The notes: generated from the sequence alone by a model not told the origin. Numbered from the stretch's first letter, positions 1-11,288 are shown. The stretch: 64,000 nucleotides of DNA from Eledone cirrhosa (GCA_964016885.1 OZ024742.1:217496001-217560000), one strand, 5' to 3'. Program-made: numbers and translations.

Positions 1-914
1 AAACAAGGTTTCTCTTTAAGATCTGGAAATACTCCAGCATTATTCAGTTGCCAACCCTTTACAGAGCTCAAGTTAGACCTACATTAAAGATTTACCCAGC
101 AACACATTTCAACCACTGGCTCACATCCTTGTGTTTTCCCCTCTGAACTTTTTCTATTGCAATTACAATAATTGCTGCCATTTTTTCATTTACTGTTTAT
201 TCAGACATGAAAGGGAAGTGCCCATGACACCTTGTTTTTTTATGGCCACCAAGCCTCATGAGAGAAAGGGAGAAAGTAAGCCTCAAACCAGAGACCAGAC
301 ATGGATGCTTGCAATGGTGTGATCACTGCTAAAAACACATGAGGACCAAGTGGTGATGTTAAACCAAACAAATAATTAAGTCTACTACTCAAATACTCAG
401 AACACAAAGAACCAGAACAAGACATTACATCTAACAATATAACAACTCTACAAATCTACAACCTGAACACTGTGGTTCTTTATTTTATCAACCCCTAAAG
501 GATGAAAGTGGGATTTTAATACAGAGTGCAGAGAACCACAACAGATATGCAAGGCATTCTCTTCTATGCCCAAATTACTCTGTTAGTCCATTGCCTATTG
601 AACTAGCTCACTACTTACCTTTTCAACTTACACCCACCTGTCTCACATCCTCCTGCCACCTTGCCAAGAACAATAACTTTCTGTAAATTCCCTCCCAGCC
701 CATATACTTCCTACAGATACTAACCTACAGATTTTTAAGCCTAACATCAACCACATCAATTTTACCAATCTGAGATGATCTGCAAAGATTAAAACTACTC
801 CTCCTTCTTTGATATAATCATAAAAAATACTCAACAAATGAACAAATGCTTTAGAGAATAATTAAACTTGGTTGTAATTTGGTGGTTGTTAGCTTAAGGA
901 TTACATCCAATAAA

Positions 915-1280
915 TCATCATCGTCATCATCATCATCATTATCATCATTGATTAACGTCTATCTTCCACACTAGCATGGGTTAGATGGGTTTGTCCCATT
1001 TAGAGGCAAGTTAGGTCGGGTGACCCTGTCTTGCTCACATAGGAGGGTTTCTGGCTGGTTTTCTATGGCTGGATGCCCTTCCTAATGCCAACCACATTGA
1101 CAGTGTGTGCTGGATGCTTTTTGCCGTCTCTTTTACACGTCCACTTTACAGTATGGGCTGGGTGCTTTTTGGGCTGGTTTTCTATGGCTGGATGCCCTTC
1201 CTAACGCCAACCACATTTACAGTGGGTGCTGGGTGCTTTTTGTTGTGACACCTACAGGGCCACTTTACAGTGTGGGCTGG
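915..1280 (-). mobile_element. 3' tail fragment of RTE LINE/SINE family with (CAT)n tail
   Basis: (CAT)n followed by ttaacgtc..ctagcatgggttag and ctggatgcccttcctaatgccaaccac, the reverse complement of the RTE 3' UTR seen at 30517-30910. Confidence 0.75.
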
Positions 1281-1419
1281 ATTACATTCAATAAACTCCA
1301 AATAATTTTGAATTCTCCTTATTACTATATGAAAGCAGTGTAAAATATCTGTAAAATTGTGAATTAACTTCTTAGATTTCTAATGTAAAAGTTATTAGGC
1401 CATTATAAGCATGGATTAA

Positions 1420-1830
1420 GGGTAGTGGATTATCAGAATCACTTGAGCCTTACAGTATTTGTTCCAACACTTTATGTTCTGAATTCAAATCAAACTAGGG
1501 TCAACTTTTTCATCTTTCAAGGGTAAATAAAATAAAGTACCATTCAAGTACTAGGCTCAAGTTAACTGACTGACCCCTTCTCCAATTTCTGGCCTTGGGC
1601 TTGTGCAAAATATCAAAAGGTGGTGGATTGACAGAATCCTTATAGCATTGAACAAAATGTTTTCCAGTATTTGTTCTGGCTCTTCACATTCCTAGTCCAA
1701 ATTCTACTGAGATCACCTATACCATTCATTCTCCCGAGATTGAGATTGATAAAATAAAGTACCAGTCAAGTACTGGTACTTTACCCTGCACCTCATATTT
1801 GGAGTCTTGCGCCTATGTTAAAAATTATAA
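1420..1830 (+). mobile_element. Two decayed copies of tRNA-derived SINE family B
   Basis: Both share ggtggattgacaga...gttcaaatc...catc..gataaaataaagtaccagtcaagtact with the copy at 56052-56330. Confidence 0.6.
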
Positions 1831-1884
1831 GCACCAATTTGAGATAGAGCACTTGATTCTTATTTCTGTTTTGAATTTAAGTGT

Positions 1885-1918
<34 letters not shown>

Positions 1919-2104
1919 CCGTTATAATGTGTCATATAATTTATTCAAGAACTTGAGCTGGCAATTCATAAATCTGATTCATGGGATAATTTCTCATTGC
2001 AAACATTGAACTGAGGTGGATAATTCATATGTTGCTTATTAATAGAATAGTCTACTGTGCTAGTAGTACAAAATGGCTAATGACTGAATTATCTGGTAGG
2101 TCAG

Positions 2105-3650
2105 GTCAGGCTTTTTTTATGGCATAGCTGTGTAGTTAAAGAGTTCGCTTCGCAGCCGCAAGGTTGGGTACCTCTCATCGCCTCCATCTCTCTCGCCCTC
2201 CCCATCTCTCTGTATGGTGAGCAAATGGGGTCCCACGTGCTGGCCTCCCCACAGCTCTGGCGGACAGAATGGAGAAGGCGTTCCCCAGAGGATGGTAAGG
2301 GAGATGCGTTGGAAGAGCCATTCCATCTCGTGAGGCTCACACCTGTGGCTGGCCAGCTCAGTACCTATGCTGGTGAGTAGGTAGGTAGCCCTAGGGCCAA
2401 GGACACCAGAAGTCTCCATTACCAAGGGCATGACCGCAAACCTGTCGGAGAGCAATCGGTACTTGGAGAGTTTGTACTCCTCAGCCGACATGCAGCAGAA
2501 CCTGGGTTAGTCGCAGAGTGCACCAGTTTGTAGCTGGAGAAAGTGTCACTGCAAGTGGCATCCCAGACGAGGGTTTAGTCACCGCCAAATGGGAAGAAGG
2601 TCATACCGTTTAGCCTTTTGCCGTCCCTTCAGGCCAGCCCCACCGGCTCAAGCTGGGAGGGGAAGCCTGCAGCATCGAAGGCATGCTTTATGACCCTATT
2701 GAGGGCAGCATGGCGGGGAAGGCAGCCGGCACTGTGGCAACAGGAAAGCCGGTCGTGTCTGAAAGAGTCCACAGTGGATCCACAGCGACATTTATGTGGC
2801 TCGCAGATCCGGAGGCCAAGCCTCAGGGAAACGCCAATGCAAAGGCTATTGTTGTCCAGCTGTGTGCCAGTGGAGAAGGAGGGCCAGGCTAAGCCAGGCA
2901 CCACTGTGGAGTTTGGATGCTGCGTGAAAACAGGCAAGGCGGTGGTGGTCGAGCTGGCGCGTGAGCCTGTCTGAGGCCAGGCTGCACTGAATGGCATCCC
3001 AAATGCTTTGGGGGGATGTGACATCAGCAGGGGGAGAAGGAGGAGGGACCTCTACTGTGCTAAGTCCCAGCTGGTTCCATGTCTCACAGGCGGCCTCACA
3101 TTCCCTGATCACATTTGCCAAAGCAGTTCCTCAAGAGGAAGAGGGCTAGGTGGCCGTCAATCAAGCCTAGTCGGCTCACGAGCATCCTGAGTTGCTGGAG
3201 CCTGGACCTGATGGTGGAGCAGATGGCCGGCAGGTGGATCGGTGACCCGAGGATGAGGACATCCTCTTTGGGGGTCACCTGTACCTGGTAAATAATGGAC
3301 CTCATGTCCGAGATGGAGGCTGCAAAGTTCTCAGCATCAGGGTTGACATTCACCACCTCCATCTTGGACGAGTTGACCTGGAGGCCGATTCCCGCCAGGG
3401 CAGGAACCACTGATTGTAGGTAATGGCAGACAGTCTCTACGGGCCCGCCCAACGTAGCATTATCCAGGTACCAAAGGTTGAGAGGGGCTGTGATACTCCG
3501 GGCAATGTGGTCTATACCAAGAGCAAGCAAGAGTATGCTCGGGTAGGCAGAGGGGGCTCGGCTGAGGCAGGCATTGAGCAGACGGTCACGACGTATGCAG
3601 TTGAAGGCATTCCTCATGTCAAGCTTAACACTGAGGTGCCTGGACTCCTT
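2105..3650 (-). mobile_element. 5'-truncated, frameshifted CRE-like non-LTR retrotransposon (RT + CCHC + restriction-like endonuclease)
   Basis: Fragments read KLDMRNAFN, WYLDNATLGG, GLQVNSSK, LGSPI (RT); CRCG..HDRLSC..RHAALN (zinc knuckle); DGKRLNG..VWDATCSDTF..EEYKLSKY..P...ETSG.LG..QRISL (RLE domain). Visibly GC-richer than the flanks. Confidence 0.8.
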
Positions 3651-3883
3651 GGATTCTGCTTGCTACAGGTACAATGTAACCCAGTACAACCTGCTTTGTG
3701 GTTGAGTGCTCAGTGACTAAACTTCTGAAGGAATTCTACAAGTAGAGAGATGTCATGCTGAGAAGTACCAGTCCAACTCATGCAAATGTGGAAAATTGGA
3801 CATAAAAACAATGATGATGATATATTTATACATGCATACATACATATATATATATGTACATATATAAAACAAACACAGGGCTG

Positions 3884-3885
<2 letters not shown>

Positions 3886-3956
<71 letters not shown>

Positions 3957-3962
3957 TAGATA
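3886..3962. repeat. (TA)n(GA)n compound microsatellite
   Basis: Directly visible. Confidence 0.95.
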
Positions 3963-4103
3963 AATATACACAGGTGTGTATGATTGTGTATAGAAGATTA
4001 TATTAATAAAAGGAATTCCAGCTTTATCTGATTTACTCGTTTTATTTACAATCCTTTAAAATTTATAATGGTATTAGAATGAAATAGTATGGTAGAATAT
4101 TAA

Positions 4104-4119
4104 ATATATGTATATATAT

Positions 4120-4215
<96 letters not shown>

Positions 4216-4220
4216 GTATG

Positions 4221-4244
<24 letters not shown>
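4104..4244. repeat. (TA)n microsatellite
   Basis: Directly visible. Confidence 0.95.
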
Positions 4245-4251
<7 letters not shown>

Positions 4252-4700
4252 GAAATAACAGGAGGCTGGACTTGTGTAAATCCTTGAAAGGTTTATTATA
4301 CTATGATCATTTCAATGACCGGGTTCCGTATGAATCCGGTGATATCATCAGGTATTCGAAATATAATAAGTGAATGTAATAGATAAAATCCATGGGGCTG
4401 AAAATCAAAGACCCGAGGACGACCGCCATCCACCATCTTCCACCTTTGCCGGTTGCCCTCAAGTGACGTGGCTAAAGCTTACAGTGTGCTAGTGTGATCA
4501 TAGTGTAATAAACCTTTCAAGGATTAACACAAATCCAGCCTCCTGTCATTTCATTATAATATTTAACTCCGTACTAGCACCACCAACTACAAAAACAAAG
4601 ACGGTTGAACTGCTTTACGTTTAGTACTCTCCATATTATTACATTAAGACTGACCATACGGAATTGACCAGCTCTATCCAGTGGTGAACCTCAAACCTGA

Positions 4701-4705
<5 letters not shown>
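4242..4705. mobile_element. Penelope-like element remnant with inverted pseudo-LTR segment, inserted in (TA)n
   Basis: 68-bp inverted repeat (4242-4309 / 4495-4562, 4 mismatches) containing AATAAA; hammerhead motif adjoining the left arm; (TA)n on both sides. Confidence 0.6.
4298..4355 (-). ncRNA. Minimal type I hammerhead ribozyme-like motif
   Basis: Minus strand reads AUAC-CUGAUGA-u-aucaccgg(13-nt loop)ccggucau-u-GAAA-UGAUCA-UA-GUAU. Stem I is 4 bp, stem II is 8 bp with one C-C mismatch, stem III is palindromic, and the NUH site is AUA. Confidence 0.7.
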
Positions 4706-4732
<27 letters not shown>

Positions 4733-4736
<4 letters not shown>

Positions 4737-6862
4737 TCATCATCATCATCATCATCATCGTTTAACGTCCATCTTCCACGCTTGCATGGCTTTGGAAGGG
4801 AGTTTTCCCACTTGAGGCAAGATTTGTTGTCCTGCTCGTATGGGACTGTCTGGCGGGTTTTCTACGGCTGGATGCCCTTCCTAACACCAACCACGTTTAC
4901 AGTGTGGACTGGGAGGTTTTTACCGTGTTACCTACACGGCCACATTACAGCGTGGACTGTGTGTTTTTTTTGTCGTGACACCTACACAACCTCATTTGTT
5001 TCGGACTGGATGTTGTGGTACCAACATAACTTCACATTTAAGGGGGTGGTGTGGATGGGGTGGGGGTAGTGGGACGGGGGTGTATTTTATTAGAGGTGAC
5101 TACTTACTGTAGGTTTCGCTTTGTACTTAGGCAAGGCGAGTCTTCTGTATGACTGTGTAGCACCAAAGATCTCGGTCCAGTGACATTGTCTTGGAGAGGT
5201 GTAAGTGTGTGAGGTCGGAATTTATCAAGTTGTCCCAGGTTTTTCTGGGTCTGCTTACTCCGTGGCTACCGTCTATTTTTATCGCCCTGCACTTTTTTAT
5301 ACAGCTGTCGTCTTTCATGCGCATCACGTGACCATACCAACGTAGTCTTCTCTCGAGTAAACAACATCTGATCCCTCTTATTCCTAATTTCTCCCTTAGT
5401 TCGTTTATGCTTTGCCGTTCACGTATATTACTATTACACATCCAAGCTTCGTTTCTCTCCAGTCTGCGTATATCCTCTGCACACAATGCCTAGGTCTCAC
5501 TGACATGTAACATTGCTGTTCGTATGCAGGCATCATGCAGCCTGCCTTTCATTTTTAGAGAGAACCCTTTAGCGGGCAATAGTGGTATAAGCTCTCTGAA
5601 CTTTTTCCATCCCGTTCGGACTCTAGCTACTGTACTTTCAGAGCACCCTCCCCCACTGCTGCTTTTGTTACCCAGGTAATGCAAGGTGTTCACTATTTCT
5701 ATAGAACCATCTGTGCAGTGGAATGAGCTAGTATTCTGTGGGCACTTGCTGCTACTTATTGCACCAGAGCACCGGCCACATTTAAAATCTATATTCTTAG
5801 TTAGCTTACTTGTGATCCCACTACATCTTTTATGCACCCATACTTTGCATTTGGGACATAAAATGGAGTTTCTGCCTACTCCTTTCCTACACACTGAGCA
5901 TGGCCATTTCCCAGATGGGACTGGTGCCCTATTTTCCTTCCTACAAACTAGAACTTTAGTCTTAGACAAGTTAACTTTAAGGCCTTTTGATTCTAGGCCA
6001 TGCTTCCATGTTTGGAATTTCTTCTCTAGTTCAGCCATTGATTCAGCTATGAGCGTTAGATCATCTGCATATAGGAGTTCCCATGGGCAACCGGTCTTGA
6101 ACTCCTCTGTTATAGCCTGAAGGGCAATAATAAATAGTAGGGGGCTAAGAACAGAGCCCTGATGAACACCAACTTTTACGCTAAACTCTTCACTATATTC
6201 ATTGTTAATTCTAACCTTGCTGACTGTTTCTTTATACATGGTTGTATAGCTCTCACAAGCCATTCATCAACACCTAGTTTTCTAAGCGCCCACCAGATAA
6301 TGGAGCAGGGGACTCTGTCAAAGGCTTCTCCAAGTCAACAAAAGCTAAGTATAGGGGTTTACTTTTAGCTAGGTACTTCTCCTGTAGTTGTCGTACAATG
6401 AAAAGAGCGTCTGTGGTACTTTTACCTGACACAAACCCGAACGGCATTTCATCTAGATCAATTCGTTCTCTGATTAGTTGCGCTATTACTTTTTCTGTGA
6501 CCTTCATGACCTGGTCGATTAATTTAATGCCTCTATAGTTACCCCTATCAAGAGCATCTCCTTTACCCTTGTAGCAGTTAATGATGATGCTGCTACGCCA
6601 GTCCTTCGGACCGGCCCCATTCTGTATGACTAGGTTTACTATCCGGGTGACCATAGTGTGTCCCACCGTTCCAGATGCTTTCAGCATTTCAGCAACTATT
6701 TCTGAAGGCCCAGCCACCTTACCCGTCTTCATATCTTTGATTGCCTTACTTATTATACTACCTTCAACTAGCACTGCTGGTCCCTCTATTGGATCGATGT
6801 GGGGGAGACTGTCTTTCTCTCATTTATTCTCCCCGACAATATCACGGTTTTCCTTGACACAC
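4733..6862 (-). mobile_element. RTE-clade LINE, 5'-truncated, with frameshifts and stops (RT + PHD finger + C-terminus + 3' UTR + (GAT)n tail)
   Basis: ORFs 6274-6774, 5490-6263 and 5127-5486 show NYRGIKL, QEKY..AFVDLEK, GVHQGSVLSP, LLYADD, GLKVNLSKTK, RRLRWYGHVMR and RPRKTW. Confidence 0.92.
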
Positions 6863-6868
6863 ACACAC

Positions 6869-6913
<45 letters not shown>

Positions 6914-6948
6914 CATATATATATATACATATACATACACATATACAT

Positions 6949-7203
6949 GAAGGCACATGGCTTAGTGGTTAGAGCATTGGCCTTGCAATCGAAAGGTTGT
7001 GAGTTCAATTCTCAGACTGGGTGATATGTTGTTTCCTTGAGCAAGACACTTTATTTCACATTGCTCCAGTATACTCAGCTCACTGTAAATGAGGTTGGTG
7101 TTAGGAAGGGCATCCAGCTGTAGAAATCAAGCCAGAATCAGTTCCCGTCCCACCCTTGCAAGCAGGGAAAAAGCGGACATAAAATGAAATGATGAAATGA
7201 TGA
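6949..7203 (+). mobile_element. tRNA-derived CORE-like SINE (family A) with RTE-type 3' tail
   Basis: A box tggcttagtgg, B box gagttcaattc, CORE-like ccttgagcaagacacttta, then ttggtgttaggaagggcatccagctgtagaaa and a (GAT)-like tail. Confidence 0.8.
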
Positions 7204-7247
7204 TTATATATATATATATATATTGCAGCTCTGTGTTTGTTTTATAT

Positions 7248-7260
7248 ATTAAAAAACGAA

Positions 7261-7296
<36 letters not shown>

Positions 7297-7309
7297 TTCA
7301 TTTTTTAAT
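7248..7309. repeat. Palindrome centred on (TA)n
   Basis: attaaaaaacgaag-(TA)n-cttcattttttaat. Confidence 0.8.
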
Positions 7310-7373
7310 TTGTTTTGCAAGATATCTTATCTGAAAAGGTGTGTTGAAACAGATATTGTTATATTTTGGGAGG

Positions 7374-7543
7374 GTCATGCTGCCAATAAAAACACACGCA
7401 CCTGTTGGTTTTCATTTCAATTTATTATAAATTTCCAGTTGGTGGGTTGGTTGGCTATTGAACCAACCAGCCAGCCAACCGGAAATTTATAATAAATTGA
7501 AAGTGAAAACCAACAGGTGCGTGTGTTTTTATTGGCAACATGA
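7374..7543. repeat. Long hairpin (arms about 80 bp, loop about 8 nt)
   Basis: gtcatgctgccaataaaaacacacgcacctgttggttttca... is mirrored by ...tgaaaaccaacaggtgcgtgtgtttttattggcaacatgac. Confidence 0.9.
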
Positions 7544-7544
7544 C

Positions 7545-8182
7545 ACAAGTACCTAGCTAAAAGTAAGCTGCTCTACCTGGCATTTGTCGATTTAGAAAAA
7601 GCCTTTGACAAAGTGACCCGTGCTATAATCTGGTGGGCTCTTAGAAAACTAGGAGTAGATGAATGGCTTGTGAAAGCCGTATAAATCATGTATAGGGGAG
7701 CAGTCAGCAAAGTTAGGGTTAACAATGACTATAGCGAGGAATTTAGCATACAGGTCGGTGTCCACCAGGGCTCAGTTCTTATTCCTCTCCTGTTTATTAT
7801 AGTATTGCAGGCTATAACAGAAGAGTTTAAGACCAGATGTCCATGGGAACTTCTGTATGCGGATGATCTTACACTTATAGCTGAATCTATGGCGGAACTA
7901 AAAAAGAAATTCCAAACATGGAAGCAGGGACTAGAAAGAAGGGGTCTCAAAGTCAACCTGACAAAGACTAAGGTTCGAGTAAATAGACAAGAAAACAAAA
8001 CCCAGATCCTCTCAGGGAAATGGCCTTGCTCAGTATGTAGGAAAGGTGTAAGTAGGAATTCCATCCTCTGCCCCAAATGTAAACTATGGGTACACAAGAG
8101 ATGTAGTGGGATCTCAGGAAGCTTAGTTAGGAATGTAGGCTTTACATGTAGCAGCTGCACCGGGACAGTAAGCAGCAAATAG
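7545..8182 (+). mobile_element. RTE LINE internal fragment (RT + PHD finger)
   Basis: ORF 7688-8182: GVHQGSVL, LLYADD, KWPCSVC..CPKC..HKRC..CSSC. Confidence 0.9.
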
Positions 8183-8356
8183 CAAGGCACTCTCACGTGA
8201 GAGAATATGCTCCGAAATCATTAGACGTGTCCGTCGAACCTGCGGGTCCAGAATCAGACAGATCCACATAATGATCGTGTCCTGAGCTGTCTGCTGGGGA
8301 AACACAATAAAATGAGTTCAGATGCATCACGGATTTTTCGTTTTCTATTCTATATA

Positions 8357-9247
8357 CAGGGTGCGGACGATATTTGTTCGCAAGATTACTGTCTATGAAA
8401 AAATAACACAGTAGTTTTATTTTTTAATATATATTTATCAAACTTGGGTCAGTTTGTCTTCATGACTTGTTCTTTTGATCTCACTCGATAAACTCACCAT
8501 TGGCTTTGATGACGGCCTCAAGGCGGCCTTGGAACCGGCTACAGGCCTTTGTCACTGTCCCCCGACTTAGGCCCCTAAAGGCACTTGTGATCCTGGCCTT
8601 CAGATCATCTTTCGTATTGCAGTTAGATCTGCTGGTGTCTTATTCCACTGCACCCCACACAAAAAGTTGAGGGAGTTGCAGTCAGGTGAGCTGGGAGGCC
8701 AGATGTCAGGTGAAGTGTGGTCGACGAAGTTCTCTGACAGCCAGGCTTGGGTCTTTCGGCTGGTATGGCAGGGCGCTGAGTCTTGCTGCCACACATATGG
8801 CCTACCTGCAGCTACCTGGTCGATCCAGGGCTTTACTACCTCGCTCAGAACACGGATGTAGCCATCGGTGTTCAGCTTGAGGCTCTCAGGGAAGAAGTGA
8901 GGTGGCATGATGTCACCTTGACTGCTGACGACACCTGAGACCAATGTTGTCACTGGAAACTTTGTTTGCATGACTCTGGGCACGTCTTTGGATGAGACAC
9001 CATTCTCCTGACGAGGCTGAGAAAGTCTGAAATTTCCTTATTTGTCCTCTCGGCGCGAATTCCAAGAAGAACTCCGTGTCTCTTCCACAAATTTGGAGGT
9101 TCAAAATTATTCATAATCAATTATTCTGAAAATAAATAATGGAAATATAGTCACTGTTTTTATGAAGACAAGAGTGACAACGGAAGTAAAAAAAGTTTGC
9201 ATAAAATTAGCAGTTGAAAATTGCGAACAAATATCGTCCTCACCCTG
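8357..9247 (-). mobile_element. Internally deleted maT (DD37D) Tc1/mariner transposon
   Basis: 27-bp TIRs cagggtg(c/a)ggacgatatttgttcgcaa (8357-8383 / 9221-9247) flanked by TA. ORF 8600-8983 has QQDSAPCH...WPPSSPDCNSLN, with 37 residues between the second D and the position of the third D (now N). Confidence 0.9.
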
Positions 9248-9262
9248 TATATATATGTGTGT

Positions 9263-9296
<34 letters not shown>

Positions 9297-9674
9297 CTAG
9301 CATGGAAAAATGGATGTTAAACGGTGATAATGATATATATACATATATATATATATATATGCAAATATATATAAATAATATTGTTATATTTGGGGACAAT
9401 TATATTGTTATAATATTGTCAGAAATATATAAAACACACTCACTGTTTGGTTTGAATTGGTTTTCACTTCTGTATATTTTATATCCCTATAGTTAATTTA
9501 GCTGGCAATCAATGTTTATCATTGATTGACCAATAATTAAAAATATAGATATAAACATATATATACTATATACTTTGATATATATATATATATCAAAGTT
9601 CTTTCATCACACACCTGTGACATCATCAGTGGTATTATTATGTTTCCTCCCATTGTATTCTATATAAATAATAT

Positions 9675-9707
<33 letters not shown>

Positions 9708-9964
9708 GAATGTTTGTTGAAAAAAGAAGTGACATAGTCACTACTTTAAAACAATAGCGTAATGTCTTCAAAATGCTTTTAATTAAGCATATAGTGTATT
9801 ACCAAATACACTATATATACATTTATATATACATCGCTATTTCAGAGCACCAATTCTAATTATATATATATATATATATATATATTTACACATGCAAGCG
9901 TGGAAGATGGATGTTAAATGATGATTGACGATGTTAAATGATGGATGATGATGATGATGATGTA

Positions 9965-10815
9965 CGAGGTGTGTCAGAAAAGTTCCAGGACTAATGTCAT
10001 AAAAGATTTATTTCAAACCCAAACTTCACACTAAGAGTTTTCTCCTTCAAAGTAATCCCCCTGAAGTCTAATGCACTTTTCCATCCTTTTCTGCCACGCT
10101 TGCATGCACTCCTGGAAGGATTCGTTCTCACAGCCTTTTTGATGTCATCCACGTCTTCAAAACGGGTCCCCTCCGGGTTGTACTCGGAGATCCATGACTC
10201 ATCACTGGTGATGACTGTCCCTAGCAAGTCTGGTTCGGTTTCAAGACGCTCGAGGATGTCCTGGCACACTTGCATGCGTTGACCCTTCTGGTCATCGTTC
10301 AGCAGTTTTGGCACCATCTTCGCGCAGACTTTCCGCATGTCCAAATCTTCAGTGAGAATCTTCCAGACGCTGTCCCGATTCATGGCCAGCTCATTTGCCA
10401 TCAGTCGAACAGTCAGCCGACGATTGCTACGCACCATCTGCCTGACGCGCTCAACGTTGACCTCAGTCCTGGTTGTTGAGGGCCTTCCGCTCCTGGGGTC
10501 ATCTTCCACGTCCTCGCGTGACATCGTCTCATCTCCATACACTTGCTGCAGCAATCCCAGTGCTTCTGACGGATTTTTCCCCAACCATACCAGAAACTTC
10601 AAGTTTATTCGTTGCTCTGTCCTCATTGCTTGACAACCTGAAACAGGACATGTATATAAAATTATGAAGAAAAAACTTTGATCGCTGCAGAGAGCTAAGA
10701 TTACAGTTACATACTCCAGGGGGATTACTTTGAAGGAGAAAACTTCTAGTGTGAAGTTTGGGTTTGAAATAAATCTTTTGTGACATCAGTCCTGGAACTT
10801 TTCTGACACACCTCG
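9965..10815 (-). mobile_element. Deleted mariner element with extended TIRs of about 103 bp
   Basis: TA TSD at 9963-64 and 10816-17. ORF 9997-10626 has DDPRSGRP, the HTH region, CAKMVPKLL (WVPHEL equivalent) and TSDESW; the rest of the catalytic domain is deleted. Confidence 0.92.
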
Positions 10816-11085
10816 TACATATATAGACACATACATGTCAGAGGACTGTATCTTGCTCATACAGAACTGTTTCTAGCTTGGTTTCTATGGCTGGATGCCT
10901 TTCCTAATGCTAATCACAGCGTGAACAGTGTTTTTTTTATCGGGACACCTACATGACCACTTTACAGTGTGGACTGGGGGCTGGGTGGGGGTGCGTGAAG
11001 GTTGAGGAGGTAGATCTAGGGTGGGGCACTTATGTGGTGATGAGTGGGGGCTGTAGGGACATGGATGAAGGGTACACACACACAC

Positions 11086-11119
11086 ATATATATATACATA
11101 TATATGTATATGTATGTAC

Positions 11120-11161
<42 letters not shown>

Positions 11162-11184
11162 GTGTATATATATATATAATATTA

Positions 11185-11242
<58 letters not shown>

Positions 11243-11288
11243 GTAGATACATACACATATATACGTATATATCTGTGTGTGTGTGTGT
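11086..11288. repeat. (TA)n/(TG)n microsatellite
   Basis: Directly visible; it generates the YIYI ORFs in the track. Confidence 0.95.

Noticed and set aside
5686-6120. Long antisense ORFs over LINEs (also 7729-8196, 28279-28563, 34002-34286, 46316-46777)
   Set aside because: They are opposite-strand shadows of RTE ORF2 with no independent coding signal.
6949-7025. tRNA gene (also 17543-17620)
   Set aside because: A and B boxes are present but there is no proper cloverleaf; the first continues into a SINE body and the second is too degenerate.
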